Below are positions 44,701-53,899 of a stretch of DNA of 64,000 bases, piece by piece. Each line of letters starts with the position of its first letter. The first letter of the stretch is position 1. The stretch is from positions 64,001 to 128,000 of the IMG/VR virus record IMGVR_UViG_3300032308_001297; one strand, 5' to 3'. Under the pieces are notes generated by a model, which worked only from the letters and a program-made list of their open reading frames with translations, was not told where the DNA came from and did no database searches. The translations under genes were made by a program, and so were the position numbers. Origin of the DNA: a virus.

Positions 44701-47700
44701 TGCTCTGAGTTTTCTGTTCTAATTGATTAAGAGTTGTGTAATATTCAAGCCTTTTAATTCTTTGATCTAGCTGACCAATATCTTTCATTGTATAAACTCT
44801 ATTAGAAAATAGAGATGTTCTTACAGCAAGATCTTTACGTCTATAAGTTTCAAGTTCTCTAGCATTTAGAGTTGGGAATGGTGCAACATTAGCTGCAGCG
44901 ATAACCATGGAATCAACGTCAGGGTTTGGCGCTTTTGGATCTTCAGTAGGAACGCCTTGAATAACGCCAAGCTGTCCTTGTTGACTGATTGTAACGAGAT
45001 CCATACGACCTAAGAAGTATTCAATATCAGCCTGGAAGTTTGAATCTGGTTCTGAAAGATATGAGAAAGTTCCGGAAACAAACGTATTTGTTATTGATGG
45101 GTTAACAGTCGCACCAGCCATAGTAGTTGAACTATTGGCAGTGTTAGCTTTATATGCACGGAAATCTACAGAGTCTCTTAGATCGTAAGTAATATTTCCA
45201 GTTGTATATGTTGGTATTTCAGCCCAAGAAATTGTTGTATTAGTAACAGCTGAATTTATGGTTGGATACGAATCAACGGAGAAAAACCCAACGCCATTGT
45301 TCAAGTTAGCTGTAAAATGATCAACTTCAACTGTTAAATATGGAATTGAAGAAAGATAACCTCTATATTCAGGTCTTAATGCTAATGTTCCGTGATCGTA
45401 GTAGTCGTCTTTTTGCCCAGAACCGAAAACGAAAAATCTAGTTATATTTTCAGCTGTTGTGTTTGAGTATGAAGAATTCGATGAACCCCAAACATTTCTT
45501 AACTTCAACAAATCAGGAAGACCAAGATTCCATGGCCCATTAAAACCGCCAGAATTGTTTGCTAAATTTAATTTAACATATCTATTTTTCTTTACGTCTT
45601 TCCTAGCCTGTGTAGCTTGGCTTCTTCTCATTTTATATTGAACAGACATAGCTGTTGACGTGGTGGTTAATGGCAGAGAAGAATTGGCAGAACCAGTGCT
45701 AATATCAAAAGTAGTAGAGCTAGTAATGTTTACATAACGACTGCCTGGATACGTAGCGTCAAGCGGAACTTCATAACCAACTGGATAGAACTTAGCAACG
45801 TTAGCAGAAGCGTTAGTGAACGCACAGTTTGCATCCATAAACATGACAGTGCTGTTTGTGGAAACAATACGACGATAGTCCACAGTTCCACCAGAATTAA
45901 AAATCTTAACATATTCGCCATTAGCAAAATAAGTTGTTAAATTTGTTCCAGTTAATCTGTTATTTGAAGTGCTTACACCAAAAGAACCACCAACATTTAC
46001 AGTAGCAGCGTTTGCTCTAAAAGTAACAATGAATTCGTTTTCTAAAGTGTCGCCTAACTGAAATGGATAAGAACCACTATACCCTAGAGTATCAGAACCG
46101 CCAGTATAAGAAGAATTTGATGTTACGGATAGAATGCCTAAATTTGAAAGGTTAGAAGTAGATGTTGCTCTGAAATAAAACTCAGTAGCATTTACAGAAC
46201 CATTAGAACTACGTAGAGTTCTTAATGCTTTCTTACCAAACGGGAACACAAGGTTTGTTCTGCCGCTCTGGTTAAGAATTGCAGTAGTAGAAGAATTAGC
46301 AATATCGGCTCTGAATTCACCATAAGTGTTAACTGCAGAATTAGCAACGATAGCTTTAGCGTCGTTTAGGAAACTTTTGCCGCTATTCATTGTAATATCA
46401 GTCAAGTAAACACGATAAGTTGTTCCTGGTAGACCTGGATCTCCTTCGTCATGAACAATCTGTTTTACTTTGGCTGTACCAATTTTACTACCATTTACTG
46501 TATAATCAGCAACACCAACAGAGATAGTTGATTGTTGAGTGTCGTATAGATCAACAGTAATAAAGTTGGAGAAATCAAGAGCTCCCATGACTTCGTTAGC
46601 GTATACGAAGTTGCCATAATTTGTGGTAATTACCTGAGAATTGGCTTCTCTAGTTGTAATAGCTTTGTTTGTATCGATTTTAAGAGAAGAAAGGAAATCT
46701 ACTCTCTTACCGTGCACATAACCTGTACCAGAAGAAACTTCGTAAGAAAAGGCGTCAGTGTTTGAAGTGTTAGATGGATATGTTGCTTCGACTTGGAATG
46801 GCTTAATTACATAGTCGCCAGACTCTTCATAAGTTCTTTTATCAATATGATCGCCTAATTTTGAGTACGGATCATCTTGTCTGTTTAATACAATCTCATT
46901 AGTGATATTCGAGAATTCGAATACAATAAAGAAAGATTCGTTGTTAGCAATACTTGTTCTTAAACGAGAAGTTAAAGATGGAACCAATTTCAAACGATGA
47001 GCGCCAGGAGCGTTTTCGTTTGAATAACCTAGAGCGTTATCTAGTAGGCTTTCGTCTTCGGTTTCAGTAACAATTGACTCGGTTGTTTCAAACCCAACAA
47101 CATAATTCGCGACATTTGTATTATAATGATTAACTACGATTGTCTGACCATCAACTTTCTGGAAGAAACCTTTCTGGAAACACCATCCCTCTTCGATAGT
47201 TAATCCATAACCTTTACCGATGGCGTTGATTGTTGCATTAGTTGATATTACGTAAATAGAGTTAATTAAATTATTAGAATTTATAGCCCCTAGTTTAGAC
47301 TGATTTTGATTGTAGATTCTAATAAGTTCGCCATTAGCAAATGTAGTATTACCATTAACTCCTGTGTTTAGATATTTCACATGGAAGTGGTTAGTATCTG
47401 GATAATTTACCTCTAGACCTGCAGTTGTAACGAGAGCAACTGCACGAACATTTGAAGTTTGACCAACTAATAGACATTGGTTGTTTACGGCTGCGAATAC
47501 ACCATTAGCGTTAGCTGTGAAATTATCAACAACTCGAACGAAATCGAAACTTTTAATTGTGGTTGGAGAGCAACCGCTAATAACGCTACCATCGGTGAGA
47601 ATTTTTGTACCAAATTTATCAATTTGGTTCTGGAGCATAGTCTGAAGCTGGGTTAATTCTCTAGCCTGAACTGCAACTGTTGGGCGAAATAAAATTCTAT

Positions 47701-47767
47701 AGAATTTTTTGTTTTCGTCGAAATCATCAAAATAAGGGGATGTATTAAAATCAGTTTCTAAAGGCAT
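41756..47767 (-). CDS. Large virion structural protein (VrlC/DUF4815-like), 2003 aa
   Basis: SPYFDDF...YRILFRP..AVQARELTQLQTMLQNQ, APGAHRLK, RTYEESGDY, RLEYYTTLNQLE, RFKNGIFAD, DPIAQSF. Confidence 0.88.
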   Translation of the reverse strand: MPLETDFNTSPYFDDFDENKKFYRILFRPTVAVQARELTQLQTMLQNQIDKFGTKILTDGSVISGCSPTTIKSFDFVRVVDNFTANANGVFAAVNNQCLLVGQTSNVRAVALVTTAGLEVNYPDTNHFHVKYLNTGVNGNTTFANGELIRIYNQNQSKLGAINSNNLINSIYVISTNATINAIGKGYGLTIEEGWCFQKGFFQKVDGQTIVVNHYNTNVANYVVGFETTESIVTETEDESLLDNALGYSNENAPGAHRLKLVPSLTSRLRTSIANNESFFIVFEFSNITNEIVLNRQDDPYSKLGDHIDKRTYEESGDYVIKPFQVEATYPSNTSNTDAFSYEVSSGTGYVHGKRVDFLSSLKIDTNKAITTREANSQVITTNYGNFVYANEVMGALDFSNFITVDLYDTQQSTISVGVADYTVNGSKIGTAKVKQIVHDEGDPGLPGTTYRVYLTDITMNSGKSFLNDAKAIVANSAVNTYGEFRADIANSSTTAILNQSGRTNLVFPFGKKALRTLRSSNGSVNATEFYFRATSTSNLSNLGILSVTSNSSYTGGSDTLGYSGSYPFQLGDTLENEFIVTFRANAATVNVGGSFGVSTSNNRLTGTNLTTYFANGEYVKIFNSGGTVDYRRIVSTNSTVMFMDANCAFTNASANVAKFYPVGYEVPLDATYPGSRYVNITSSTTFDISTGSANSSLPLTTTSTAMSVQYKMRRSQATQARKDVKKNRYVKLNLANNSGGFNGPWNLGLPDLLKLRNVWGSSNSSYSNTTAENITRFFVFGSGQKDDYYDHGTLALRPEYRGYLSSIPYLTVEVDHFTANLNNGVGFFSVDSYPTINSAVTNTTISWAEIPTYTTGNITYDLRDSVDFRAYKANTANSSTTMAGATVNPSITNTFVSGTFSYLSEPDSNFQADIEYFLGRMDLVTISQQGQLGVIQGVPTEDPKAPNPDVDSMVIAAANVAPFPTLNARELETYRRKDLAVRTSLFSNRVYTMKDIGQLDQRIKRLEYYTTLNQLEQKTQSIQVPDASGLNRFKNGIFADPMTSHLFAEASDEGYRWCIDIRQGHGRPTFTTKDIDLAFNNTTSTGVTLTGKLVTRPYSHEQYIFQPYATKYRNNNQDIWTWNGTLNLYPNYDMNKDETSIPNADAVLDLMQPFIELGEAGNIWGSHYGPWQVYAQSGNVYSGLWTYWQQLVTTHWYVPMTNTVELGRFLTDIAVQPYIKSKTIAFIATGVKPSSRMYAYFDETPVSAYCAPGSLNTSLGATASAIVSAAARTGRPDTAVNRTGNFGDPIFSDQFGNVFGVFNIPQGQFRVGERRFMIMDADSLVYGDDAALSKAVGTYVASNITTTSQEATITTITPDVRTCYSYNYTTTYFRDPIAQSFKVESPQQESGVFATKIDLFFKSKDANTGIRAIICGMNAGLPDNNKIFGWGRVDANNVSISDIANAATTIVFNDPIYLAGNTEYAFWVEPESSTPDYNMWVAEMGDFDTITGSQIGSNPYTGESFRSSNARTWTALPREDVKFNLYVANFTVGTGQAYFDNENDEFITYNSIALANSLVTPSSASGDEVYVINASSNAIINSPATIHGSLQSIDLANNQLILDSSTGNFSPAQKIGFFRFRTAGNTAEAAANLNTLIATANVVSIDDYAYHAIVPRFSTITPLGTAITTEFVGSSNSGIIDTTYSELEFDIEREMLDYERKIYSRSNEPGILGGNTKSLTIKNQLTCVQKYVSPAIDISRKGAKVINNTINFSSFGEDTGNGNALCRYISQPIVLADGQDSEDMKIYLSAYRPYNTDVEVYAKFLSASDPETLVDKDWTKLNNDSSELYCSPIDRYDFKEFVYTLPSSVGYSSYNVTANTTGVSNTSETIAIEAANSIFSVGNKVYYAVPASNTAIGGLTANSYYYVSFANSSAIAVANTPGGANVNITESRTGAGEVHTITGPVVHRAFANASNFGIIEYNSESGARYQDYKTFAIKIVLLSTSGVFVPKIDDLRGIALMV

Positions 47768-47784
47768 ATTTTGCTAACCCTATC

Positions 47785-49341
47785 TTATAACTTGATTACC
47801 AGTCTAAAAGTTTCCGACTGTGTGTTTGATCTTACTGTATTATTTATGTTCTGGATATACATTGTATAGATGTCTTGAGAGAAGATATCGCCTCTATCTT
47901 GTAAAGCAAAAGAAGTTACGACAGCGCCATTGGAGTTTTTAATATATTCTCCATCAACAAAATATTTGTCTCCAACAAAATGTGCAACAGAGCCGTTTGA
48001 CCAAACTATTGTGGCTCTAGCGTTACTAGTAGCGCCGATAATAACATCAGTATTAGTAAATGTATAAGCTGGGGAACATGTTGCTATTCCAATCTGACTG
48101 AAGGTATTTGAACTATATCTTGAACCCTTAGATTGATTGTTTGCAATCAATGCGTATGGATTCTTAACTAGACCAATTTTATTATATGTGACATTTGAAG
48201 ATATAGCGTTTGATTCAGTGTTTGAAAATGTAAAGGAAATCGATAATCCCTGCATATCCAATTCAATCGCAGGATCTTTACCATGACCTCCTGGTGGAGG
48301 AACGATAGGATAAACAGTAGCCCCCGAACCATATGATGAATTACTAACAACAACTGCATTAGCCCATGTAATAGAGGATCCTCTATCTAAACAAACCACA
48401 GAAGCGATAGAATTAGTTACAGCGTTAACGACTGTATAAGCTGTTGGGTTATTACCGCTAGCAGAATCACTGGTGAATAAAATTCTTGGAGAAATTTTAT
48501 ACAAAGAAGCGCCAGCAGTAATAGCAGCAGTGTTAGCTGCTGAATCTAAAGAAACTGTTCTTACTGGTCCAGAAACTGTATAGTCTGTAATATTGAAAAT
48601 TTGATATGAATTATTACTTGAACTGTAAATATAAATGCTGTTATTTACATAATGGCCTGGAATCGAAGAAGCATTAGCTTCAATAACCAAAGCTGTAGTA
48701 TTTGTTACGCCCTGGATTGTGCCGTTATGATATGTTTCATACCCAGATCCACCAGTATTAACAACAACAGTTTCAATTCCAGAATATGTTAAAGAAGAAG
48801 ACTGAATAGTAGTGTTAGGGTAAATTGGACAATAATTAATAGTAGAAAATCTATCAAAATCTTCTGTTGAAACAGAAGCTACATATCTCCATTTATAACC
48901 ATCTTCGGTAGTCTGGAAAGTTGTTGATTGAGTTGGAGTTCCTATGGATGCTGGATTTTTTATAGAAGCAGCGCCATTTGCATTGTCAATGCATTTGTAA
49001 AAATGATATGTTCCACCAATAGCTGTTGGAGGAGCGACTACATAAAACACACTATTAGACAAGTCTTTGGTGTTATCGTATCTATCATAAACTGTATTAG
49101 AATTCCAAACATACTTTTTTACTATAGGTGCGAAATTATTTGCTAATAATTTTTTACCAAATAACATTTGCCAATCATTTATGAAATATTTTTCATAATC
49201 GTTATTTTCTATAGATGGTGTATCTCCTGGCCATGGTTCAGCGCCAGCTGCGAATGCATAATAATGAGAAGTATTAGTTGAAACATTATCAACAATCTCG
49301 TCGTAAATAGCTTTTTTGAAAGACGGCGTTAGTTTTCCCAT
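47785..49341 (-). CDS. gp8: Baseplate wedge subunit
   Basis: W...VYDRYD...FYV...YKCIDN...DGYKWRY...PPPGGHGKD...RSNTQSETFRLVIKL. Confidence 0.8.
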   Translation of the reverse strand: MGKLTPSFKKAIYDEIVDNVSTNTSHYYAFAAGAEPWPGDTPSIENNDYEKYFINDWQMLFGKKLLANNFAPIVKKYVWNSNTVYDRYDNTKDLSNSVFYVVAPPTAIGGTYHFYKCIDNANGAASIKNPASIGTPTQSTTFQTTEDGYKWRYVASVSTEDFDRFSTINYCPIYPNTTIQSSSLTYSGIETVVVNTGGSGYETYHNGTIQGVTNTTALVIEANASSIPGHYVNNSIYIYSSSNNSYQIFNITDYTVSGPVRTVSLDSAANTAAITAGASLYKISPRILFTSDSASGNNPTAYTVVNAVTNSIASVVCLDRGSSITWANAVVVSNSSYGSGATVYPIVPPPGGHGKDPAIELDMQGLSISFTFSNTESNAISSNVTYNKIGLVKNPYALIANNQSKGSRYSSNTFSQIGIATCSPAYTFTNTDVIIGATSNARATIVWSNGSVAHFVGDKYFVDGEYIKNSNGAVVTSFALQDRGDIFSQDIYTMYIQNINNTVRSNTQSETFRLVIKL

Positions 49342-51107
49342 TATTTGACATCCATTAAATATGAACCATAAAGATTTGTGCCATCTGAAATGAACATTAC
49401 AATATCTCTGGCGCCAGCAGTCGTAGTAAGTTCAGGTGCAACACCAGCAGTCCATTTAAATACAGAGTTCCAACTAATAGTTCTACTTCCAGGACTATCT
49501 TGAATCACGTGAAGAATATAATTTCCTATTTTTAGATTAGTTGGTGCAGCCATAGTTCTGTTACCACCAAGAGTAACTGTTGCTACCTGACCCAATGCAG
49601 TGTTCCAATTAATAGTTGAACCGTCTGTTAAAGTCTGCGAAAGAACATTAGCTGCTGCAACACTTACCGTTCCGCCAAAATTAGTATTGGCGTTGAAATT
49701 GGCAACACCGTTACAATTAACTACGCCAGTGAAAGCAGAATTACCAGTAACATTCAAATTACCGCCAACGTTTGCCGTGCTAGATAAAGTGGCAGAGCCA
49801 GTAACAGAAATAGTGTTAGCAAAAGAAACATTTGATGTAATTGATGGTATAGTAACATTTGCATTAAAAGATACAGTATTATTAAATTGAAAAATACCAT
49901 AAACATTAACAGTAGCAGTATTGGTTATTGTTACGTTTGCTGCGAAAGAAGAAACATTTGATACATATGTTGGACCAAGAATATACAGATTAGTATTTGT
50001 AATTACGTTTGCGAAAAAGCTCGTGTTTCCAGTAAAAGTGGCTGCATTACTCCACGAGTAAAATGCGCTCGTATTTACACCTGGAACGGTCGACCAATAC
50101 ACAGTCGATCCATTAGAAGTTAATAGCTGTCCAGCTGAACCTGTGGATCCATTGGCTTCTAGGAATTTTGTATTAGGGATCACAAACCCAGAAGAGTTAA
50201 TAACAAAACTATTAACAGAAATAGTATTGGCTTGAATTTCTTTATTAAAGATATGAGTATTGGACCATATGAAATAGCCAGCTGTATTAACAGAGGCAAC
50301 GCCAGGAGAAGACCAGTAAACTCTTGAACTACCGTCAGAAGTCAAATATTGACCAGCTGTACCGAGAGAACCATTGGCTTCAACAGGAAGAGCGTCGCCG
50401 AAAGAAAGCTGTGTGCTATTTACAACAAGTTTTCCACCAACTTGAACGACAGCTGCATTTACTGTTCCTGTGAAAACACCAGTGCTGTTTGCTACAGTAC
50501 TGGTTCCAACAGTGTGAGAAGAAGAGTTTATAACTCCGGTATGATAGATACCAGTAGAATTAGCAATGAGATCAGAACCAACAGTATGCGCTGCAGAATT
50601 GACCGTTCCTGTATGGTACAAGCCAGTGCTATTCCCAATAAGGTTAGTGCCGACAGTATGAGAGGCTGCATTAATTACTCCTGTGTGATATACTCCTGTA
50701 GCATTACCAACAAGGTTAGATCCAACAGTGAAAGAAGCGGCGTTAGCAGAACCATTAACAGTAAGGACAGTAGAATTTACAAATAGGTAATTAGCGACGT
50801 TTGCAGTACCACCAACATTCAAGTTAGCCGAAGCGTTAACAAGGGTTGAATTAACGATTAAGCTATTTGCTAAGTTTAAGAGGCTATTGTTGGCTGTAAA
50901 TCTGACAGTAGAATTACCGAAATAGAAACCAACTGCATTAGATACAGAAGAATTTACAGTTGAATTACCAACTGTGATCATACCAGAAGCTATGTAAGTG
51001 GTATAAATTTCTGTAAAATTATTATTGATTTTGATCATACCGTTTCGAACGGTATCACCAGTTCCATCGTTTGGCGCTGAACCTACGTTAACAACCTGTT
51101 GAGCCAA
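49341..51107 (-). CDS. Baseplate-anchored fibre (gp9/gp10-like N-terminus), TTG start
   Basis: VNVGSAPNDGTGDTVR...KINNNFTEIY; 24-aa repeats; C-terminal domain shared with 30313-31869. Confidence 0.8.
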   Translation of the reverse strand: MAQQVVNVGSAPNDGTGDTVRNGMIKINNNFTEIYTTYIASGMITVGNSTVNSSVSNAVGFYFGNSTVRFTANNSLLNLANSLIVNSTLVNASANLNVGGTANVANYLFVNSTVLTVNGSANAASFTVGSNLVGNATGVYHTGVINAASHTVGTNLIGNSTGLYHTGTVNSAAHTVGSDLIANSTGIYHTGVINSSSHTVGTSTVANSTGVFTGTVNAAVVQVGGKLVVNSTQLSFGDALPVEANGSLGTAGQYLTSDGSSRVYWSSPGVASVNTAGYFIWSNTHIFNKEIQANTISVNSFVINSSGFVIPNTKFLEANGSTGSAGQLLTSNGSTVYWSTVPGVNTSAFYSWSNAATFTGNTSFFANVITNTNLYILGPTYVSNVSSFAANVTITNTATVNVYGIFQFNNTVSFNANVTIPSITSNVSFANTISVTGSATLSSTANVGGNLNVTGNSAFTGVVNCNGVANFNANTNFGGTVSVAAANVLSQTLTDGSTINWNTALGQVATVTLGGNRTMAAPTNLKIGNYILHVIQDSPGSRTISWNSVFKWTAGVAPELTTTAGARDIVMFISDGTNLYGSYLMDVK

Positions 51108-51121
51108 TTTCTATCCCCTTA

Positions 51122-53899
51122 TTATGAAATTCTGTCTGTAGTGGTCGAAGAATCACAACGTAATATCGCACTCGAACACAAAAATTGATAACCAATTATG
51201 AGCGTGTCAGCCTGAGATGGTTCTTCTAGAATACCTAAAAGTTCTTCTTCTAGATTAATTAGTAGAAATTTACCAAATAATTCCGATCCAGAAGAATGAA
51301 AAGTTTCGTATAAAATATTCTTATATTTATCTAATGTTCTGGCGACTTGAATTTCGTAAGAATAATCTTGATAATAATAACTGTCTTGGATATATTTATT
51401 TGAGTTTAAAAACCCTTGAGTGTTTATCCAATATCCTCTACCTCTACCAGATCCTCTTAGATTAACTCTGCCTGTAATTTCTGCAGAAACATTAAAAGGA
51501 GCCAATGTAGCTTCTAAAAACGCTCCAGAACCATTAACTGTTTGGATAGATATTTTAGGAATAACATCATAACCAGCGCCAGTTTCAGTTAAAGTTGTAG
51601 ATATAATAGAACCGTTAGCGTCAGTGGTGATATAACCTTGAGAAGTCACAGAAGGGAAACCGCCCGAAAATATCAATTTTTCATTGTTAGCGTAACCCTG
51701 ACCTGTTTGTAAAATACTAATAGTATTAGAAACCGCACCATAGAGGTAAGCCTTTACGTATTCTCCTTGAACGTAACCTTTACCAGAAGAAAACAATTTT
51801 ACTTGTGCAACAACGCCAGCGCCGCCAGTATAGTTAGCGTCAATACTTGCATTCTCGCCGTATGTTTCACCTGCAGGGTTAGCCATTAAAGATTCGTAAG
51901 TTGCAAACTGCGAAGGAAGAATAGTTGGCATAACTCTATAGTTCGCAGAAGGTGTAGAATTTAAAGTTGGTTTTCCATACAAAAACATACTAGTAGAGTT
52001 AACAACTTGTCTTACAACTATTAGCTGTTTAGAGCTAGAAAGCGAACTATTGGCCTGAACCTGGATAACACTATTACCGCTGAAGATAGTAGTAAATGCA
52101 GTATTGACACCAGTTATATAAGGTAAAAATGTAGCTTCAAATGCAGCACCAGAACCAGCAGAATTACCGCCAGTAGAATTAGAAACAGTAATATTTGAAG
52201 TTGGTGCAGAGAAATTTGCTCCATAGTTTGATAGAATTATAGAAGTAATACCACCTGTAGCATTTGTAGTGACATTTGCTACGGCGTTTGTTCCAGTAGG
52301 ATTGACAACAGTAACATAATCCGTGTTACTATAACCTGACATAGTTCCAGCAGCACCAATAGAGAAAACTCGAGTGTTTGTAGAACTATAAGAAACATTG
52401 CCTCTCATAGTGTTCGAAGCAAGAGTTGATCTTACGAATGTATTAGCTCTCTGTACGTAACTGTTACCAATACGAATGCTTGCAAGAGAAGAAATTTTAC
52501 CAAAAACACTATTTGTGAAAGTTAAACACCCATTAGTAGTATTAACTGTATAAGAGAGTATTGATGTATTTGTATTACCGTAAGCAGAACCATAAGCCAC
52601 ATTAGTAATCAATACAGTAGGAGTTGCGTTAACAAAAGCAGAACCATTATTAGATATAGTAAAATAAAGAGCCCCACCAGTTGTATTTGTTACCATAGTT
52701 ACTGTGGCATTAACTCCTCCTGGTTGATCGCTAACAAATACGATAACATCGTTATTGTTATAACCTAATGGAGTTCCAGTGTATGAAATGGCGTTCAAAC
52801 TTATGTTAGAGCCAATGGCGGAAACTATATTAGCTCCTGGATTATTAGGGAATCCATAAGAAGTAGCGTTAATAACTTTGTTAACATCAACCATATTACA
52901 AATAAGATCGGTGTTATAAGTTATGGTCTGAGGAGAAATAACAGAACCAATTTCAAAAGAAGCGCCTTGACCATAATTATCACGGAGACCTCTATATGTA
53001 AATGTAGAAGCGTTTGCAGTGTAACCCCAACCACCATCTAAAATATCAAAATAGATAGATCCATAGCCAATAGCAATTTCACTGGCTTTAATTAAACCTT
53101 CAACGCCCTCTGAAATTCTTTGACCTGTTTCTAAATCATTTGATGCGATTTTAAATATCGATCCAATTTTAAAACCTTGACCGCCAGAGAAAACCTCAAT
53201 GTTATCTAAAGAACCTAAATTGCGTGGAGCGGCGACAGTAGCCGAAGTATTAGCTTCTTGACCTTTTAAAACGATTGGTTCATCGATAGTAAATTCACCA
53301 CCATATGGTCTTACATTAGTGATATAAAGAATACTAGAATTTTTACCGGAAAAATTTTCTCTTACATAATTTTCCACTACAGCGGTTGTGCCTGATGTAA
53401 TGCCTATGATAGTTTTTCCAACATAATCAGAAAGAACCAGAGAATCAGAAAGTTCTAGATATCTTGGTTCAACCCAAATACCATCTGAAGCTCTAAGAAT
53501 ATCTTTACCTGGAAGATAAATTTCAACGTCTTCTCCATAAACAAGTTTGAACAAAAGACGATAACATTGAATTGTACCTTTTGAGCGGTAAACGTCAAGA
53601 ATATGTTTTAGAAGGAATCTTTTACTTGTAATAGTTTTGAATGGGATACCATAAAGATATTTTTGTTGAAAGTGAGAAAGAAATTTAGTAAGAGTTTCGT
53701 CAATATCTCTGTAGCTTAAAAGTTCTCTCGTTTCTGCAATAGGTCCACCATCAGGAGTTTGATGTTCAATACTCTCTGTTTCCATCCATTCATAATATGC
53801 TTTTAAGAATAGGATAAAATTCTCGCCCTCTTCTTGATAGAAACGAGGTAATTGAGATTCAATAAAATTTGATATAAATTTTTCTTGTGAAAAATCCAT
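51122..53899 (-). CDS. gp7: Baseplate wedge initiator
   Basis: IESQLP.F...FLKAYYEW, YRSKGT, ASDGIW, IQDSYYYQDYSYEI; between gp6 and gp8. Confidence 0.75.
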   Translation of the reverse strand: MDFSQEKFISNFIESQLPRFYQEEGENFILFLKAYYEWMETESIEHQTPDGGPIAETRELLSYRDIDETLTKFLSHFQQKYLYGIPFKTITSKRFLLKHILDVYRSKGTIQCYRLLFKLVYGEDVEIYLPGKDILRASDGIWVEPRYLELSDSLVLSDYVGKTIIGITSGTTAVVENYVRENFSGKNSSILYITNVRPYGGEFTIDEPIVLKGQEANTSATVAAPRNLGSLDNIEVFSGGQGFKIGSIFKIASNDLETGQRISEGVEGLIKASEIAIGYGSIYFDILDGGWGYTANASTFTYRGLRDNYGQGASFEIGSVISPQTITYNTDLICNMVDVNKVINATSYGFPNNPGANIVSAIGSNISLNAISYTGTPLGYNNNDVIVFVSDQPGGVNATVTMVTNTTGGALYFTISNNGSAFVNATPTVLITNVAYGSAYGNTNTSILSYTVNTTNGCLTFTNSVFGKISSLASIRIGNSYVQRANTFVRSTLASNTMRGNVSYSSTNTRVFSIGAAGTMSGYSNTDYVTVVNPTGTNAVANVTTNATGGITSIILSNYGANFSAPTSNITVSNSTGGNSAGSGAAFEATFLPYITGVNTAFTTIFSGNSVIQVQANSSLSSSKQLIVVRQVVNSTSMFLYGKPTLNSTPSANYRVMPTILPSQFATYESLMANPAGETYGENASIDANYTGGAGVVAQVKLFSSGKGYVQGEYVKAYLYGAVSNTISILQTGQGYANNEKLIFSGGFPSVTSQGYITTDANGSIISTTLTETGAGYDVIPKISIQTVNGSGAFLEATLAPFNVSAEITGRVNLRGSGRGRGYWINTQGFLNSNKYIQDSYYYQDYSYEIQVARTLDKYKNILYETFHSSGSELFGKFLLINLEEELLGILEEPSQADTLIIGYQFLCSSAILRCDSSTTTDRIS

